A DNA stretch of 64,000 nucleotides from an uncultured Mycoplasmatota bacterium (GCA_945949305.1 CAMFED010000002.1:14605-78604), one strand, 5' to 3'. Positions 1-12,090 are shown, numbered from the stretch's first letter. Made by a program: numbers and translations. The notes: generated from the sequence alone by a model not told the origin.

Positions 1-102
1 TACTTGCTAACAATAGATACATTTTACTTTATGAGCCATATATTCACACCTTTCATAAAATTCTTCTTTTATATATTATAACATAAAATAATAAAAAAAT
101 CA

Positions 103-132
103 ACCCAAGGCGATTTTTATCTCGTCTTGGGT
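103..132 (-). terminator. rho-independent terminator hairpin (acccaag...cttgggt) downstream of the gene ending at 141
   Basis: Inverted repeat followed by a T-run on the minus strand. Confidence 0.4.
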
Positions 133-140
133 CTATCTTA

Positions 141-1130
141 TTAAGACTGAGGAACTAATTCTTCCTTAATCTCATTAATAATTAAACTAATGAACTCTGC
201 CTGATCCATTGTAGCTTCTGAAATTTTCTTACCCTTACCAAGATACTTTTCAATAACTCTTGTAATACGAGGAGCATAATACTCAGAATTCTTTGCCATT
301 AAATCACCAACTAATTGCTGGAATTCAGCCATTAAAGCATCATAATCATAATTCTTAGCAATAGAAGTTGCTTCACGCTGATCAGTAACGAATTTATTAT
401 CATACATCTGAGCTTCCTTATCAATAGCATCATTCAATGCCTTAACCAAATTTTCATAAGAAAATTCAATAGAAGGAACAATATACTTAAAACGGCAACC
501 AGTTTCAGCACTGTTATCAACAGAACGTAGGATTAAACGAACTTTAGCTTCACCATTTTCAGTATATTTCTCAGCATAAGCATAAATATCAGCCATATTC
601 TTAGCAATATCATTGTAAGAAGTAGGGCAAGTAGGAATAATTTGATTATACTCTACGCCAGTCTTAGTCTTAAAAGTCTTATCTTTACTATGAGAAATAA
701 AAACGACAGCATAACCAAGCTGAGCAATAGTTCTAAACATTTCCTCAAATTCTTTCTTTACAAGGGTCCAACCTTGTCCATAAGGAATACCAGAAAGAGT
801 ATCTACACTATTCTGTGCGCAAACATATTTTTCACAGAACTATCCAGCAATATCAACTGTATCAACTGCGATAGACTTAAATCTTTCTTTTACTTCTGGC
901 TTTTTTAATTCTCGAAGAATTTGCTTCATATCGCCCCAAGAAGTAATATCCTATGCTAATACACCAGGTAAAGCATTATATCCTCGTTCAAAAGCAAGAA
1001 TCAATGCTGAAGGCATATGAGAGGCAAAAGTAGTTTTACCAGATTTTTCAGCACCATAGATATAAGTAATATATCCAGAAAGATCACGACTAACCTTATG
1101 AGGGGTAAGACCTAACAGATTAATAGCCAT
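141..1130 (-). CDS. AAA_24 / Sak4-like RecA-family ATPase (recombination)
   Basis: Walker A motif GAEKSGKTTFA near the N-terminus. The ORF track gives the C-terminal 199 aa. It extends to the ATG at 1130 through two in-frame TAG codons, with an RBS ggag upstream. Confidence 0.55.
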
Positions 1131-1287
1131 TATTTAATTTTCTCCTTTTTTCTCCAATTCAAATAATTTACAATATTCATCTAGTAATTTATCTATTTCT
1201 TCTTTATTTAACAAAACATCATCATCATATAATATATTTAGTTTAGCATGAAGGCCTCTCTAGAGGCCATCATCTATTGGCTATTTA

Positions 1288-2220
1288 TTAAAAATTAAAT
1301 CCACCGGGAGCAGGAGCAGCGATGCTTGCATTTTTAGCCGCCTTGTATTCATCTTGTCTTTGCTTAATAGTAGCAAGATAAGTCTGACGCTGAGTCATAG
1401 CATCAGTTAATTCCTTTGCGGTCAAGAATTCTTCGTCATCCCAAGGATATGGATCCTTAGCGCCACCAGTAATTACAAAGTCCTTACGAGTAGTCTGTAC
1501 TTCACGAACATTATCTTCACCAAAAGCAGACTCTTCACGAATCTCACGCACAATAGTTTCAGATACCTGACGGCCCCAAACCTTAGTAAATACTGGTTCT
1601 GAGTTAGAAGCACCAAGTCCTTCATAATAAGCCATAGCTCCTGGATTGGTAGCAGAGAATTCAACTGGCAATAAAGCTTTACGGAAATCAAAAATTGCTC
1701 CCTTAACAATTACCTTCTCAGGAAGTTTCTTTTCTTCATCACCATCAATATGAGTTACACCAGTAATAACCATATCACACTTAAAAGTATTTCTTACTTT
1801 TTCATCTTCTGCTAAAGTATTAGTCAGATGAACAAATCCACCTTCATTGCGCTTAGTGCTAACAAGTTCTGACTTACCATTACGATCAGAATAGAACTCA
1901 TTCAAACCAATAGCAGAATCAACACGAAGTTTAGCAGCCTTATCAGCGCCATCCTTCATATAAGTACCTACTAAGCCATCAATAATATTCTGAAGAAGAG
2001 TATAAGTGGCATTTGCACTTCCCTTAGAAGTTGTAGGAGTTACATAAGTAAAATGAACTTGAACGATATTAGTTAAAGCATCATCCGTAGCGATGCTAAT
2101 AGTACCAGAAATAAAAGGAGTGCCAGGAGTCTTAGAATTAGGTCCAGAAACCTTTGATTCCAAATTATGTTCATACAAAATACCTTCAATATGAGTTACA
2201 TTTTCCATAGTTTTCTTCAT
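1288..2220 (-). CDS. hypothetical protein (possible phage ssDNA-binding/annealing partner of the Sak4-like ATPase)
   Basis: Intact 310-aa ORF immediately downstream of the AAA_24 gene. No recognisable motif, so the function is inferred from position only. Confidence 0.3.
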   Translation of the reverse strand: MKKTMENVTHIEGILYEHNLESKVSGPNSKTPGTPFISGTISIATDDALTNIVQVHFTYVTPTTSKGSANATYTLLQNIIDGLVGTYMKDGADKAAKLRVDSAIGLNEFYSDRNGKSELVSTKRNEGGFVHLTNTLAEDEKVRNTFKCDMVITGVTHIDGDEEKKLPEKVIVKGAIFDFRKALLPVEFSATNPGAMAYYEGLGASNSEPVFTKVWGRQVSETIVREIREESAFGEDNVREVQTTRKDFVITGGAKDPYPWDDEEFLTAKELTDAMTQRQTYLATIKQRQDEYKAAKNASIAAPAPGGFNF

Positions 2221-2242
2221 AAATTATTTTTCTCCTTAATAA

Positions 2243-2605
2243 TTACACAATTTCAATATTTTTACCTTTTTCTGTTAAAGTATAAACAATTGGATTTTGA
2301 CTCACTTTTTCTACAAATCCATCAGATACCAATTTACGCATTGAACCAGAAATTGCTCGACTTGAAATAAATAAACCTTCAGCAATATCTCTTGATTTAA
2401 CCATAACTTGATCCTGATTGTCTCTCATCCATTGAAGAATTTGTTTACCACTATCAGTGAATAATGGCTTTTCAACTTCTTCTTCACTTTTCAACGCATT
2501 CCAATAAAGTTCAGCGTCTTCATTCATTTCTGTTGGAATACCATTATTAGCAGCATTATTAATTAAATCTTCAACGAATTTTACAAATTCCTATTTTTTA
2601 CTCAT
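2243..2605 (-). CDS. winged-helix (MarR-like) transcriptional regulator
   Basis: 94-aa ORF with an HTH-like segment (SRDIAEGLFISSRAISGSMRKLVSDGFV). Extended N-terminally to the ATG at 2605 through one in-frame TAG. Confidence 0.45.
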
Positions 2606-2639
2606 TAATTTTTACTCACTTTCTTTACCTTGTATAAAT

Positions 2640-2668
2640 ATTATAACATATTTATTAAGAAAAATCAA
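2640..2668 (-). promoter_or_regulatory. sigma-70-type promoter, TTGATT-N17-TATAAT (minus strand)
   Basis: The revcomp of aatcaa (2663-2668) gives TTGATT and the revcomp of attata (2640-2645) gives TATAAT, 17 nt apart. It sits upstream of the regulator gene. Confidence 0.5.
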
Positions 2669-2675
2669 CTAACGA

Positions 2676-3305
2676 TTAATTAATCAAGAATTCTTCGGCA
2701 TAAGGTAAAGTCTCAATCCATTTACAAAACTCTCGCCACTCAGGTAATCTATGATCTTTTCTTTGTTTATAAATATTTCTTAAACATCTATAATTAGTAG
2801 TCATACGAGCAGTTAGAGTAAATCCAGCAGGATTAGAATAAAGAATCTCTAAATACATTTCTTTTAGTATTCTATTCAATTCAGCGACTATTTCAGGATA
2901 TCCTTTCGCTGCTTCCCGCACTTCAATAAACGCATTATATTCTTTGACTTTTTCTTTCATAATTTCAATAATACGTTTATCAACATATCCGTTATATGCT
3001 TGGTCTAAATCAAATTTAGTGATACGATGCATTGTAGATTGAGAACTTACAAATTCTAAGAATCTATAACGCTCTGCTTCAACCCACATTTTATTACTAC
3101 AAGTTAAATCAAAATTAACTCGAATACCAGTTAAAAATTGGCTATGAGCAGTATTACCATCTTTAGTAGCTTTAACTAAATTTAGACCTCTATTTTTATC
3201 TTGTTCTGTTACTGGATGCTATTCTGCGACAGTGCGCATTGGATATCCAGCAGCAACAAGGCATTCATCTAAATCATAAATTTTTACATTATTTACAATT
3301 GACAT
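2676..3305 (-). CDS. hypothetical protein (weak resemblance to the ThyX R-x-R...S motif)
   Basis: ORF with one in-frame TAG (3209-3211). The segment ERYRFLEFVSSQSTMHR loosely resembles the ThyX RHRxxSxxxxSxR motif. Start ATG at 3303-3305 overlaps the upstream stop (TAATG). Confidence 0.3.
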
Positions 3306-3593
3306 TAATCATCATCCTCCGAAAGAGAATAACCAATTACATTACCAAGTCCACGGACTAAAACCTCAATTTCATCAATTAAAAATTTTTGATTTGAACT
3401 TCTTCCTTGGTAATGATTAACAAAATCAGCATAAGACATAAAATTTAAATCTTTAAATCCATATCTTAATGCTTTATCCTACATCATAGCAGGGTTGGAA
3501 CATACAATAGTAGCATTAGTATCTTTAGCAATTAAAAATAATCTACCAGTTTTACCTGTACCACGTTTATCAATAACTCTATACATAAAATTA
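3305..3593 (-). CDS. small hypothetical protein (RGTGKTGRL P-loop-like segment)
   Basis: ORF of about 95 aa with one in-frame TAG, sitting between flanking genes. Confidence 0.3.
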
Positions 3594-3598
3594 TCCTT

Positions 3599-4566
3599 TA
3601 CTTAATACTATAACCAAATTCTTTTGCTTTAAAATAATCTTGCCAATAATCTTCTCTAGCATCTAACTAATCGCGAGAACATTCCTCAATTACTTCAAAG
3701 CTGAAATTTTCTACTCCAATAGCCAACATAGCAGGATATAATTTATTGCGGGTTGGTGTTTCAGCACCTATTCCACGTTTAATATGCTATTTCCATCGGT
3801 CAGCTAAATTAACTGCCTAGCCGACATAGCACATATTATTATTTAAATTTGTAATTTTATAAATACCAGTATGGACTCCTAACCCAATTACACGGCCAAT
3901 TAAATCAGTTGTAGGTTTTTCATAATAACATTTCCAAATAACTTTATTAAGAGGCTCTGGATTGCGCAAATGCTTACCTACTTCATGTAATTCTTTTATT
4001 TCATCTAAATCCTCTACTGGAAGAACTAATCTATAAAAATCATTCTTTACTCGAATTTCTTCGGCACGCTTACTTGCTTCAACAGAAGCATCGACTTTTT
4101 TCTATTGTTCTTGGATTGCTTTATCTAATTTATCTAATTCAATTTTTTTCTCAGCAATTAAATTAGAAATAGATTGCGCACAATCCGCCATTATATTTTT
4201 ATAATCGCTCTAGTATTGTTCTGCTTGAGCATTATAATAATTGCTAGCATTCTCTAAAGATTTATCTAAATTAGTTTGTGCTAATTCCATATTTTTTTGA
4301 TAGAAAATATCAGCCGATTCTTTTGCTTGCTATTCTAAAGCAGAAATACTTGATTGAATTTCATCTCTTTTACCTTGTAAAGACCCTAATTCAATTTGTA
4401 AATCTTTAGTTACTTTTTCTAGCTGTTGTTTTTCAGCGTATAAATTATTATTTAATTTTTCAATGTTTAAATCATATTCTTTAGTTTTTTTTATTTTAGG
4501 CTAAAGAATAAAATAAACAATCGCTCCGCCAATTAGTAATGATATTAAACAAAATAAATAAGGCAT
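3599..4566 (-). CDS. membrane-anchored coiled-coil protein with a C-terminal GIY-YIG nuclease domain
   Basis: N-terminal hydrophobic helix followed by a coiled coil. The C-terminus reads GIYKITNL...CYVG(TAG)AVNLADRWK(TAG)HIKRG, with at least 5 in-frame TAGs. One TAG occupies the conserved Gln of the GIY-YIG Y-V-G-Q motif. Confidence 0.5.
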
Positions 4567-4620
4567 ATTATAATTAAAAGGGGTAGATTATTAATAAATC
4601 TACCCCTTAATATATCTTAA

Positions 4621-4887
4621 TTACTCAGCGTCGGGAGCATCAGGGTCAAAACTCATACCGGCTGGGGTAAGAGAAAGGAACTTAACCTGCTTGTGAGTTC
4701 CATCTTCAATCTCGATTTCAGCAGCGGTACGAACACCAAGGCCCTTGCGCTGAATAGCAGAGGTAAAAATACCATCAACAGAGCGCTTTTCAAGACCGAG
4801 AGCAGCAGCAACATCAGCAGCAGTAACGTCCTGGCCATTGACTTCCTTCAAATAATTCAAAACTTTCTTAGAATTTTCCTTCATCAT
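4621..4887 (-). CDS. hypothetical protein (GC-rich gene)
   Basis: 88-aa intact ORF with clearly higher GC than its surroundings. Confidence 0.45.
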   Translation of the reverse strand: MMKENSKKVLNYLKEVNGQDVTAADVAAALGLEKRSVDGIFTSAIQRKGLGVRTAAEIEIEDGTHKQVKFLSLTPAGMSFDPDAPDAE

Positions 4888-4980
4888 AATAAATAAATCT
4901 CCTTTTAAAATACATAAATAATTTTTTTAATTTTTTTCTTTAAGCCTTTAGCTTATGTAAATATTATATCAAAAATTTTT

Positions 4981-5181
4981 TTATTTGTCAAGAGTTTTGC
5001 TAAGAATTTCTTGAACCATTTCATCAATAATGGTAATATCTTCCAAACTATCAACATGACTTGAGTATTCCATAATCTAATTCTATGCTTTATGAATCTA
5101 ATCTTTATCAGTGCTAGTTTGAACAACTAATTCAGCCTAAGCAATCTTTTTAGCTAAATTCTTGAGTTCTTTAGTTTTCAT
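4981..5181 (-). CDS. small hypothetical protein
   Basis: ATG at 5181 with four in-frame TAGs and a TAA stop. Confidence 0.25.
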
Positions 5182-5239
5182 TTAAAAAATTTCATCCTTA
5201 ATTTTTACAAATTTATTTTACAATATTTTTTTCTTTTTG

Positions 5240-6445
5240 TCAAAATAATGCGCTCAAAGTACAATCTTCAAGATTCTTATCATCTCTGAATCCTTTAAAA
5301 AATCCATGACGCAATGTATGCTCTTTACAATCTTTCTGCATACATTGAATAGAAACTACTTTATTAATATATAATTCTGGATTTGTTGAAAATTTTTCTT
5401 TTAATTCATCTGTTAATCCAGATGAAACAGTGCCTATTTCAACTATGTTTCCTTTATCATCCAAGGCGCCTAACTTCATAGATGTCTTCCATCCATAATA
5501 GTATCCTTTTGTTACTGGTTGATAATACTTTTCATTATCTTCTAAAAAATTACTTCCATTAGCAGGAGGATTCTTCAAATAATTTTGATAAAAGCTTCCT
5601 TTTACTAATCGTGGCTCTGACCACCCATTAAAGCGATGATCTTCTTCAAAACAATCATAAAATATTGGACTTTTTACTTCCCAATATTGCCATGTTTCAA
5701 TTTCTTTTCCATCATAATAATGAGTTGCATCCTCAAATCCAATACAAATACAATCTAAGAAATCCATTTTTTTAATTTTAATTGAAGACCAAGCTGGTCT
5801 TTTATCTGGAGCATATGGAGCATCTCTCTTTTTTAAGACAGCTCCTTCCTCTCCATTAGATAAAGCTTCCGCAGTAAATTCTTGAATATTATTCTCAACT
5901 GCTTCTGCTAATTCCATAAAAGGATATTGACTTAAATTATATTTATTCCAAACTGATACCAGCACCTAATAGCGTGTCCAAGCACCCTCTTTTTGTAAAT
6001 CAAATCCGTTAAACTTAATAATATCATGTAAATAAAAATGAATTAATCCGTTAGTTTGCTGACGCCTTATCGCTTCTGGCGCTAAACATCCCATAATTTT
6101 AGTTACATCTTTAGAAGTTTTGCCTGGATAATAAATTTCACCAATTAAGATAGTACCGCATGGAAGAATTTTAAGAGCTTCTTGAATATGAGGAACATTA
6201 GCTAATTTTTCAGTTAAAATTCCTGTTGTAGCACTAACATTTCTACTAAATAAATATTCATAATTATCAGTTTTTTCAAATTCATACCAATAACCATCTT
6301 TTTTTAATTCAGCAAAATAATCACCACTATTACAAGCATTTGGAAATAAATTTTCTTTTCCATCCGGTAATTTCCAAATTTTCATTGCCTGAATACATTC
6401 TGCTTCAGGTGCATATTTGTCTAATAATTCTTTTGAAAAACTCAT
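5240..6445 (-). CDS. ATP-dependent DNA ligase
   Basis: K-x-D-G adenylation motif (ELKKDGYWYEF). Two ORF-track segments (5966-6445 and 5240-5965) are contiguous in one frame and separated only by TAG at 5966-5968. Confidence 0.8.
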
Positions 6446-6508
6446 TTAAAATTTCTCCATATTTCTTATCTTTAATAATATTATATAAAAAAAATTTCAA
6501 AAAATCAA

Positions 6509-6537
6509 CCGAAGGAGAATTTATTTCTCCTCCGGTT
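6509..6537 (-). terminator. rho-independent terminator after the topoisomerase A gene
   Basis: Hairpin ccgaaggagaa...ttctcctccgg followed by a T-run on the minus strand. Confidence 0.5.
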
Positions 6538-6542
6538 ATTCT

Positions 6543-8918
6543 TTAAACCTTGGTTACAGATTTAATTGACCCGCTTTTAATCATTTGATTACCAATAGAA
6601 ATACGACCTAATACTGGAATATCTTTCGCAGAAATACAAATAGACGCACTATTACCGCTAATCAATAAATTATCATTATCGTCAATTAAAGAAGCTGAAA
6701 TTACATTTCCAGTGCTCGCAGTTGGTTTATAAATATATAATCCCTTACCGCCACGCTTTTGAATTGTAATTTCAGTTAATGGAACTTTCTTGCCCATTCC
6801 TCCGGTTGTAAAAACAGCTAGATTATCAGTATCATGGCGAATCGGTAAAGTCATTACAACTTCATCGCCTTCACTCAGAGTAATACCTTTAATGCCATAT
6901 GTACTTCTGGATGTTGGTGTAATTTCAGATGAATTAAATCTAATAATATAACCATTTTTAGTTAATAACAAAATAGGTTCATTATCAATTAATGATACTG
7001 AAGCCAATCTATCATTTTCTCTAAGAGCGATCGCCGCAATACCGGTTTTCTTTTTAGTTTTAATATATTCATCTAAAGTAGTCTTTTTTACCAAACCATT
7101 TTTAGTTGTAAATAAAACATATTTAGCATTAGTATCTCTATAAATAGAATACATTGTCGCAGGATTTTCATCAACTGCCATATTTACTAAAGATTTAATA
7201 GATTGACCTACTGAGGTGTTTGTACCAACAGGAATATTATCTACCAATAGACGATACATAATCCCTTTATCAGAGAAAATCATTAAATTATCAATAGTAT
7301 TTGTTCTTAATACGCAAGAAGTAATATCATCCTGAGATTTAATGCCTTTACCATTTTTCTTTTGAGTGCGGAATGAAGAAGTAGGAATTCGTTTAATACT
7401 ACCACCTTCAGTCATTACAACAACACATTTTTCGGGTTCAACAAATTCGATCTCTTTTTCTTCTTTAGTAATCGCTACTTGAGTAATTGTACTACGACGT
7501 TCATCGCCATAATTTTTCTCAATCTCTGTATAAATATTTTTCATTTCAGGGATTGGATTAGCTAAGATATTATTTAAATGGTCTAATTCTTTAACTAAAT
7601 TATTCTTTTCCTCTTGGATTTCAACTTTTTCCAATTTAGCTAATTTAGCTAATTTCATATCAAGAATTGCCTTTGCTTGGGCTTCTGATAAATTATATTG
7701 ATTAATTAAATTAACTTTTGCTGCTGCCGCAGATTCACTCTTTTTAATTAACGCAATAACATTATCAATATCTTCAAGAGCAATTAATAATCCATCTAAA
7801 ATATGAATTCTAGCACGAATTTTTTCTGCTTCAAAATTAGTCTTCCTAATTAAAACATCTTTTTGATGTTCATTATAAATTTCCAATAGTCGTTTAAGAT
7901 TAAGTACTTCAGGCTTTTTATTAACCAATGCGACTTGATTAATACTATAAGTATCTTCTAAACGAGTATTTTTAAATAATTTTGAAATGATAGGTTCAGC
8001 AGAAACGCCCTTTGCCAATTCAATTACAAAACGAACACCTTGAATATTACTTTCATCACGAATTGCTGTAATACCTTCAAGAGTTCCATCTTCACATAAT
8101 TTATCAATATCTAAAATTAATTGAGTTTTAGATACTTTATAAGGAATACTGGTAAATACAATACTATCTTGTCCTTTATTGCTTTCAATAGTATATTCTC
8201 CACGGATTCGAGCGCGCCCTTTACCAGTAATATAGGTATTTAATAATTCATCTTTATTAATAATCATTCCACCTGTTGGGAAATCAGGACCTTTAATAAA
8301 AGTTAATAAATCTTTAATTTCACAAGTGGGATTATCCAAAAGATATTTAGCAGCATCCATAACTTCATTTAAATTATGAGGGGCAAAAGAACAAGCCATA
8401 GCAACTGCAATACCAGAAGTACCATTAACTAATAGATTAGGAATACGTCCCGGCAAATATATAGGTTCTTCCTCTTCATCAGTATATGCTAATTGCCAAT
8501 CACAAGTGTTTTTCTTAATATCGGCAAGCATTTCTTCGCCCATTTTAGATAATTTACATTCAGTATAACGATAAGCCGCGGCTTCATCTCCATCGCGGCT
8601 ACCATTATTTCCATGGAAAGAGATTAAAGGATAACGCATATTCCATGGCTGACTTAACCATACTAATGCTCCATAAATAGAGCTATCACCATGAGGATGG
8701 AATCGACCCATTGTATCTCCTACTGGCTGAGCACACTTAACGAATTTCTTATTATTAAAATATCCTTTATCGAACATATCCCATAAAATTCGTCTTGCTA
8801 CTGGCTTTAATCCATCTTCAGCAGAAGGAATAGCTCTATCTGTAATAACACTTAGACTATAATCAAGGAATGATTGTTCTACTTCATGAATAATTGGAGT
8901 TTGTAAAATTTCACCCAT
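6543..8918 (-). CDS. type II DNA topoisomerase A subunit (GyrA/ParC/T4 gp52-like)
   Basis: 791-aa intact ORF with clear GyrA N-terminal and C-terminal beta-pinwheel features. Confidence 0.85.
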   Translation of the reverse strand: MGEILQTPIIHEVEQSFLDYSLSVITDRAIPSAEDGLKPVARRILWDMFDKGYFNNKKFVKCAQPVGDTMGRFHPHGDSSIYGALVWLSQPWNMRYPLISFHGNNGSRDGDEAAAYRYTECKLSKMGEEMLADIKKNTCDWQLAYTDEEEEPIYLPGRIPNLLVNGTSGIAVAMACSFAPHNLNEVMDAAKYLLDNPTCEIKDLLTFIKGPDFPTGGMIINKDELLNTYITGKGRARIRGEYTIESNKGQDSIVFTSIPYKVSKTQLILDIDKLCEDGTLEGITAIRDESNIQGVRFVIELAKGVSAEPIISKLFKNTRLEDTYSINQVALVNKKPEVLNLKRLLEIYNEHQKDVLIRKTNFEAEKIRARIHILDGLLIALEDIDNVIALIKKSESAAAAKVNLINQYNLSEAQAKAILDMKLAKLAKLEKVEIQEEKNNLVKELDHLNNILANPIPEMKNIYTEIEKNYGDERRSTITQVAITKEEKEIEFVEPEKCVVVMTEGGSIKRIPTSSFRTQKKNGKGIKSQDDITSCVLRTNTIDNLMIFSDKGIMYRLLVDNIPVGTNTSVGQSIKSLVNMAVDENPATMYSIYRDTNAKYVLFTTKNGLVKKTTLDEYIKTKKKTGIAAIALRENDRLASVSLIDNEPILLLTKNGYIIRFNSSEITPTSRSTYGIKGITLSEGDEVVMTLPIRHDTDNLAVFTTGGMGKKVPLTEITIQKRGGKGLYIYKPTASTGNVISASLIDDNDNLLISGNSASICISAKDIPVLGRISIGNQMIKSGSIKSVTKV

Positions 8919-9375
8919 ATTTCTTCATAGCCTCCTCTGGACTAATCTTGCCTGTGGCTAATTGATCAGCCAATTCATTCCATATATGGCCAGAATGTCC
9001 TTGAATTTTTCTTAAATCAATTTTTCTTTCTCCAGTTGTAGTTAAATCATAATAAGTTTTAATTAAATCTAAATTTTCTGGTGATTTTTTATCACTTTTA
9101 ATCCAATTATTTCGTTGCCACGAATACATCCATTTAGTAAAAGTATTAACACAGTAATTAGAATCACTGTAAACCACAACATTTGGTTCGTCTCCATATT
9201 GGATTAACGCATATAAAATTGCTTTTAATTCTTCTTTGTTATTTGTTGTATTTTGAGACATTTTGCTATAAGTAGCAATTAAATGTTCATCTTTAACTAC
9301 TACTACACCAAAACCGCCATTATTATTTATAGAACCGTTTTTAGAACAAGATCCGTCAGTATAAATTACTAGCAT
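8911..9375 (-). CDS. rnh: ribonuclease H
   Basis: RNase H fold motifs (LVIYTDGSC ... HSGHIWNELADQLA). Confidence 0.8.
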   Translation of the reverse strand: MLVIYTDGSCSKNGSINNNGGFGVVVVKDEHLIATYSKMSQNTTNNKEELKAILYALIQYGDEPNVVVYSDSNYCVNTFTKWMYSWQRNNWIKSDKKSPENLDLIKTYYDLTTTGERKIDLRKIQGHSGHIWNELADQLATGKISPEEAMKKYG

Positions 9376-9588
9376 AAATCCTCCAAGTTAATTAAAAATG
9401 GATTCGTATCTATTTTGTTAGTAAATACAGTAAATCCTTCTACTAATTCATTATTAATAAGGCTTACCTAATTAGAAGGAAATAGTTGAGTTAATGACTA
9501 ATAAATCTATCGGGCCATATCAGGTGATACTCGATCACTAACATGAACTAATAAAGTATCACCGGGGTGTAAAACTATTGCTTCAATA

Positions 9589-11506
9589 TTAAACATCAAT
9601 GTTAGCCCTTTCTGCATTCTTTTCGATAAAATCTTTTCTTGGAGTTACTGCTTCGCCCATTAAACTCATAAAAGTCTTAGCAACAGCAGTTGCATCTTCC
9701 ATAGTAATTTGTTTTAAAGTCCTTGTCTCAGGATTCATAACTGTTTCTTCCATCTCAGGAGGGTCCATTTCACCAAGGCCTTTCATACGACCAAGTTCAA
9801 ATTTCTTAGTTGTATTTTTGCGGAATTTCTCTAATGCGTCATCATCTTTTAGATATTGAATTTTTGTTCCAATGGTAGCCTTATAAAGAGGAGGAACTGC
9901 CGCATAAATATATCCTTTTTCAATTAACTCTGGACAGAATTTCCAAATAAAAGTTAAGAACAAAATACGAATATGACTGCCATCAACATCAGCATCAGCG
10001 GTAATAATAATTTTACCATATCGTAATTTAGATTCATCTAAAATAACTTTTCCATCTTTTACTTCAAGTCCAAAAGCATCAATCATTCCACTAATTTCTT
10101 TATTCTGTAATGCTTTATGCAAATCAGCTTTTAAAACATTCAAAATCTTACCACGTAATTGGAATACTGCTTGAGTAGAACGATTTCGTGCTTCTTTTGT
10201 CGAACCTGCAGCAGATTTACCTTCTACAAGGAAAACTTCACATTTATAACGTTCTTTAGAAGAAGCATCTGCTAGAACATCTGGCATTACTACTCGACGT
10301 TTATTATCGACTTTACGCACTGTTTCTTTTGCTTTCTTTGCCTTTTCACGAGCAGCGCGTGCCAATAATGCTTTATCTACAATTGCTTTTGCGTCTTTTG
10401 GATTGCCTTCTAACCAAGTCTTTAAATCTTTAGAAACCAATCTTTGAACAATAGTTCTTGCTTCACTACTGGATAAAACATCTTTAGTTTGTCCAGAAAA
10501 CACTGGATCAGGCATAATAAAAGAAAGAACTAAAGTTAAACCTTCCTTTAATTCTTCACCTGTAATATTACTATCTTTTTCTTTCAAAAGATTTTTTTCA
10601 CGAGCATAATCATTGATAGAAGTTGTTAAAGCAGTTCTAAATCCAGTTAAATGAGTACCGCCACTATTTGGAATAGAATTAGTATAAAGCTTATAAGTAT
10701 CAATATAAGTATCATTATATTGTAAAGCAATCTTAACACCAATTCTATCTTCAATATTTTCAGTGTAAAATACAGAAGTTAAAGTATTTTTATTATTATT
10801 TAAATCTTTAATATAGTCAAGAATACCATTATTAGATTGAATAATTTCTTCTTCTTTATCTTTGTATTTTAATGTAAATTTTAATCCAGGAGATAGATAA
10901 GCTAATTCTTGAATTTGTTTCTTTAAAGCAGTATAGTCTAAATCAATTCCTTCTTTAAAGATTTTTGAATCAGGAATAAAACTTACAATAGTTCCAGTTT
11001 TAAAATTATATTTATTAATATCATTAGTTACTTCATATTTAAGTAACTTACCTTCTTTAAAAGAAGCATATGCTACTTTATTATCTCTGATTGAAGTAAC
11101 AGTAAAAGATTCTGATAACGCATTTGTAGCTTTCGCACCGACACCATTCATACCACCAGAAGTGTTATATCCTGTGCGGCCATCAGAGTCAAACTTTGCG
11201 CCAGTATGTAACTTAGTATAAATATTTACTAAAGTTTCACTACCATCTTTAGCTTTTCCAAAAGGGACGCCACGTCCATTATCAGAAATAGTAATATTAT
11301 TATCATTTGTAACTTGAATATTACATTCAGTACAATATCCATTTAAGTATTCATCAACAGCATTAGAAATAATTTCGAGCGTAATATGTCTAACTCCATC
11401 AGGCCCAATAGAACCAATATACATACCTGGTCTAAGTCTAATGGCTTCAATACCTTCAAGAGTTTTTATGTCTTTTACGCCATAATTTGTAATCTAATTA
11501 GACATA
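9589..11506 (-). CDS. type II DNA topoisomerase B subunit (GyrB-like ATPase + Toprim)
   Basis: 611-aa ORF with GHKL and Toprim motifs. Extended to the ATG at 11506 as MSN(TAG)ITNYGVKDIKTLEG...RPGMYIG, where codon 4 is TAG. RBS aaaggaga. Confidence 0.85.
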
Positions 11507-11641
11507 CTAATTCTCCTTTTATTTTTTCTATAAATATTATATAATAAATAATTATAAAAGTCAAAATTTATATCAAATTTGACAGAAAGAAAAAAATATT
11601 TTACTATATTAATAGATAAATTAATTTGAATAAAAAAAAAT

Positions 11642-11668
11642 AAAGGATAGCCTATTAGGCTATCCTTT
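11642..11668 (-). terminator. rho-independent terminator (aaaggatagcc...ggctatccttt)
   Basis: Perfect hairpin flanked by A/T runs. Confidence 0.5.
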
Positions 11669-11673
11669 ATTTA

Positions 11674-12090
11674 TTAAATACCATAATCAGTATTTAAAAT
11701 TGAACTATCTTGTGTATCAGTATAAGTCGTAGTATTACTACTTGAAGAATTAAATAAATCGTTCAAAACTTCATTGAAATCGGTATTATTAGAAGTCATA
11801 TTATGATATCTATCATAAGCTTGATCTAATTCTTTTAATACTGTTTCATATTTAATACCATTTTTAGAATTTTCAATCATTGATTTTTTATAATAAAAAA
11901 CTTGGCTTACTCCATAAGCTGCCCAAGGAAGACTAGCACTTGCTGTAATCCAAGGTAATGATCCTGTATAGCCATTACTAATACAATAAAATGCTAATAC
12001 AATATAGGCTAAACTTGTAATCCAAATTAAAGCAGATTCTTGAATCAATAAACTTTTAGAAAATTCTTTTTTATTTTTTCTATGTCTCAT
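11674..12090 (-). CDS. membrane protein (holin candidate)
   Basis: Two predicted transmembrane segments. It is adjacent to the endolysin and its start overlaps the upstream stop (ATGA). Confidence 0.4.
   Translation of the reverse strand: MRHRKNKKEFSKSLLIQESALIWITSLAYIVLAFYCISNGYTGSLPWITASASLPWAAYGVSQVFYYKKSMIENSKNGIKYETVLKELDQAYDRYHNMTSNNTDFNEVLNDLFNSSSSNTTTYTDTQDSSILNTDYGI

Noticed and set aside
642-908. 88-aa plus-strand ORF
   Set aside because: It is antisense to the Sak4-like ATPase gene and has low-complexity sequence.
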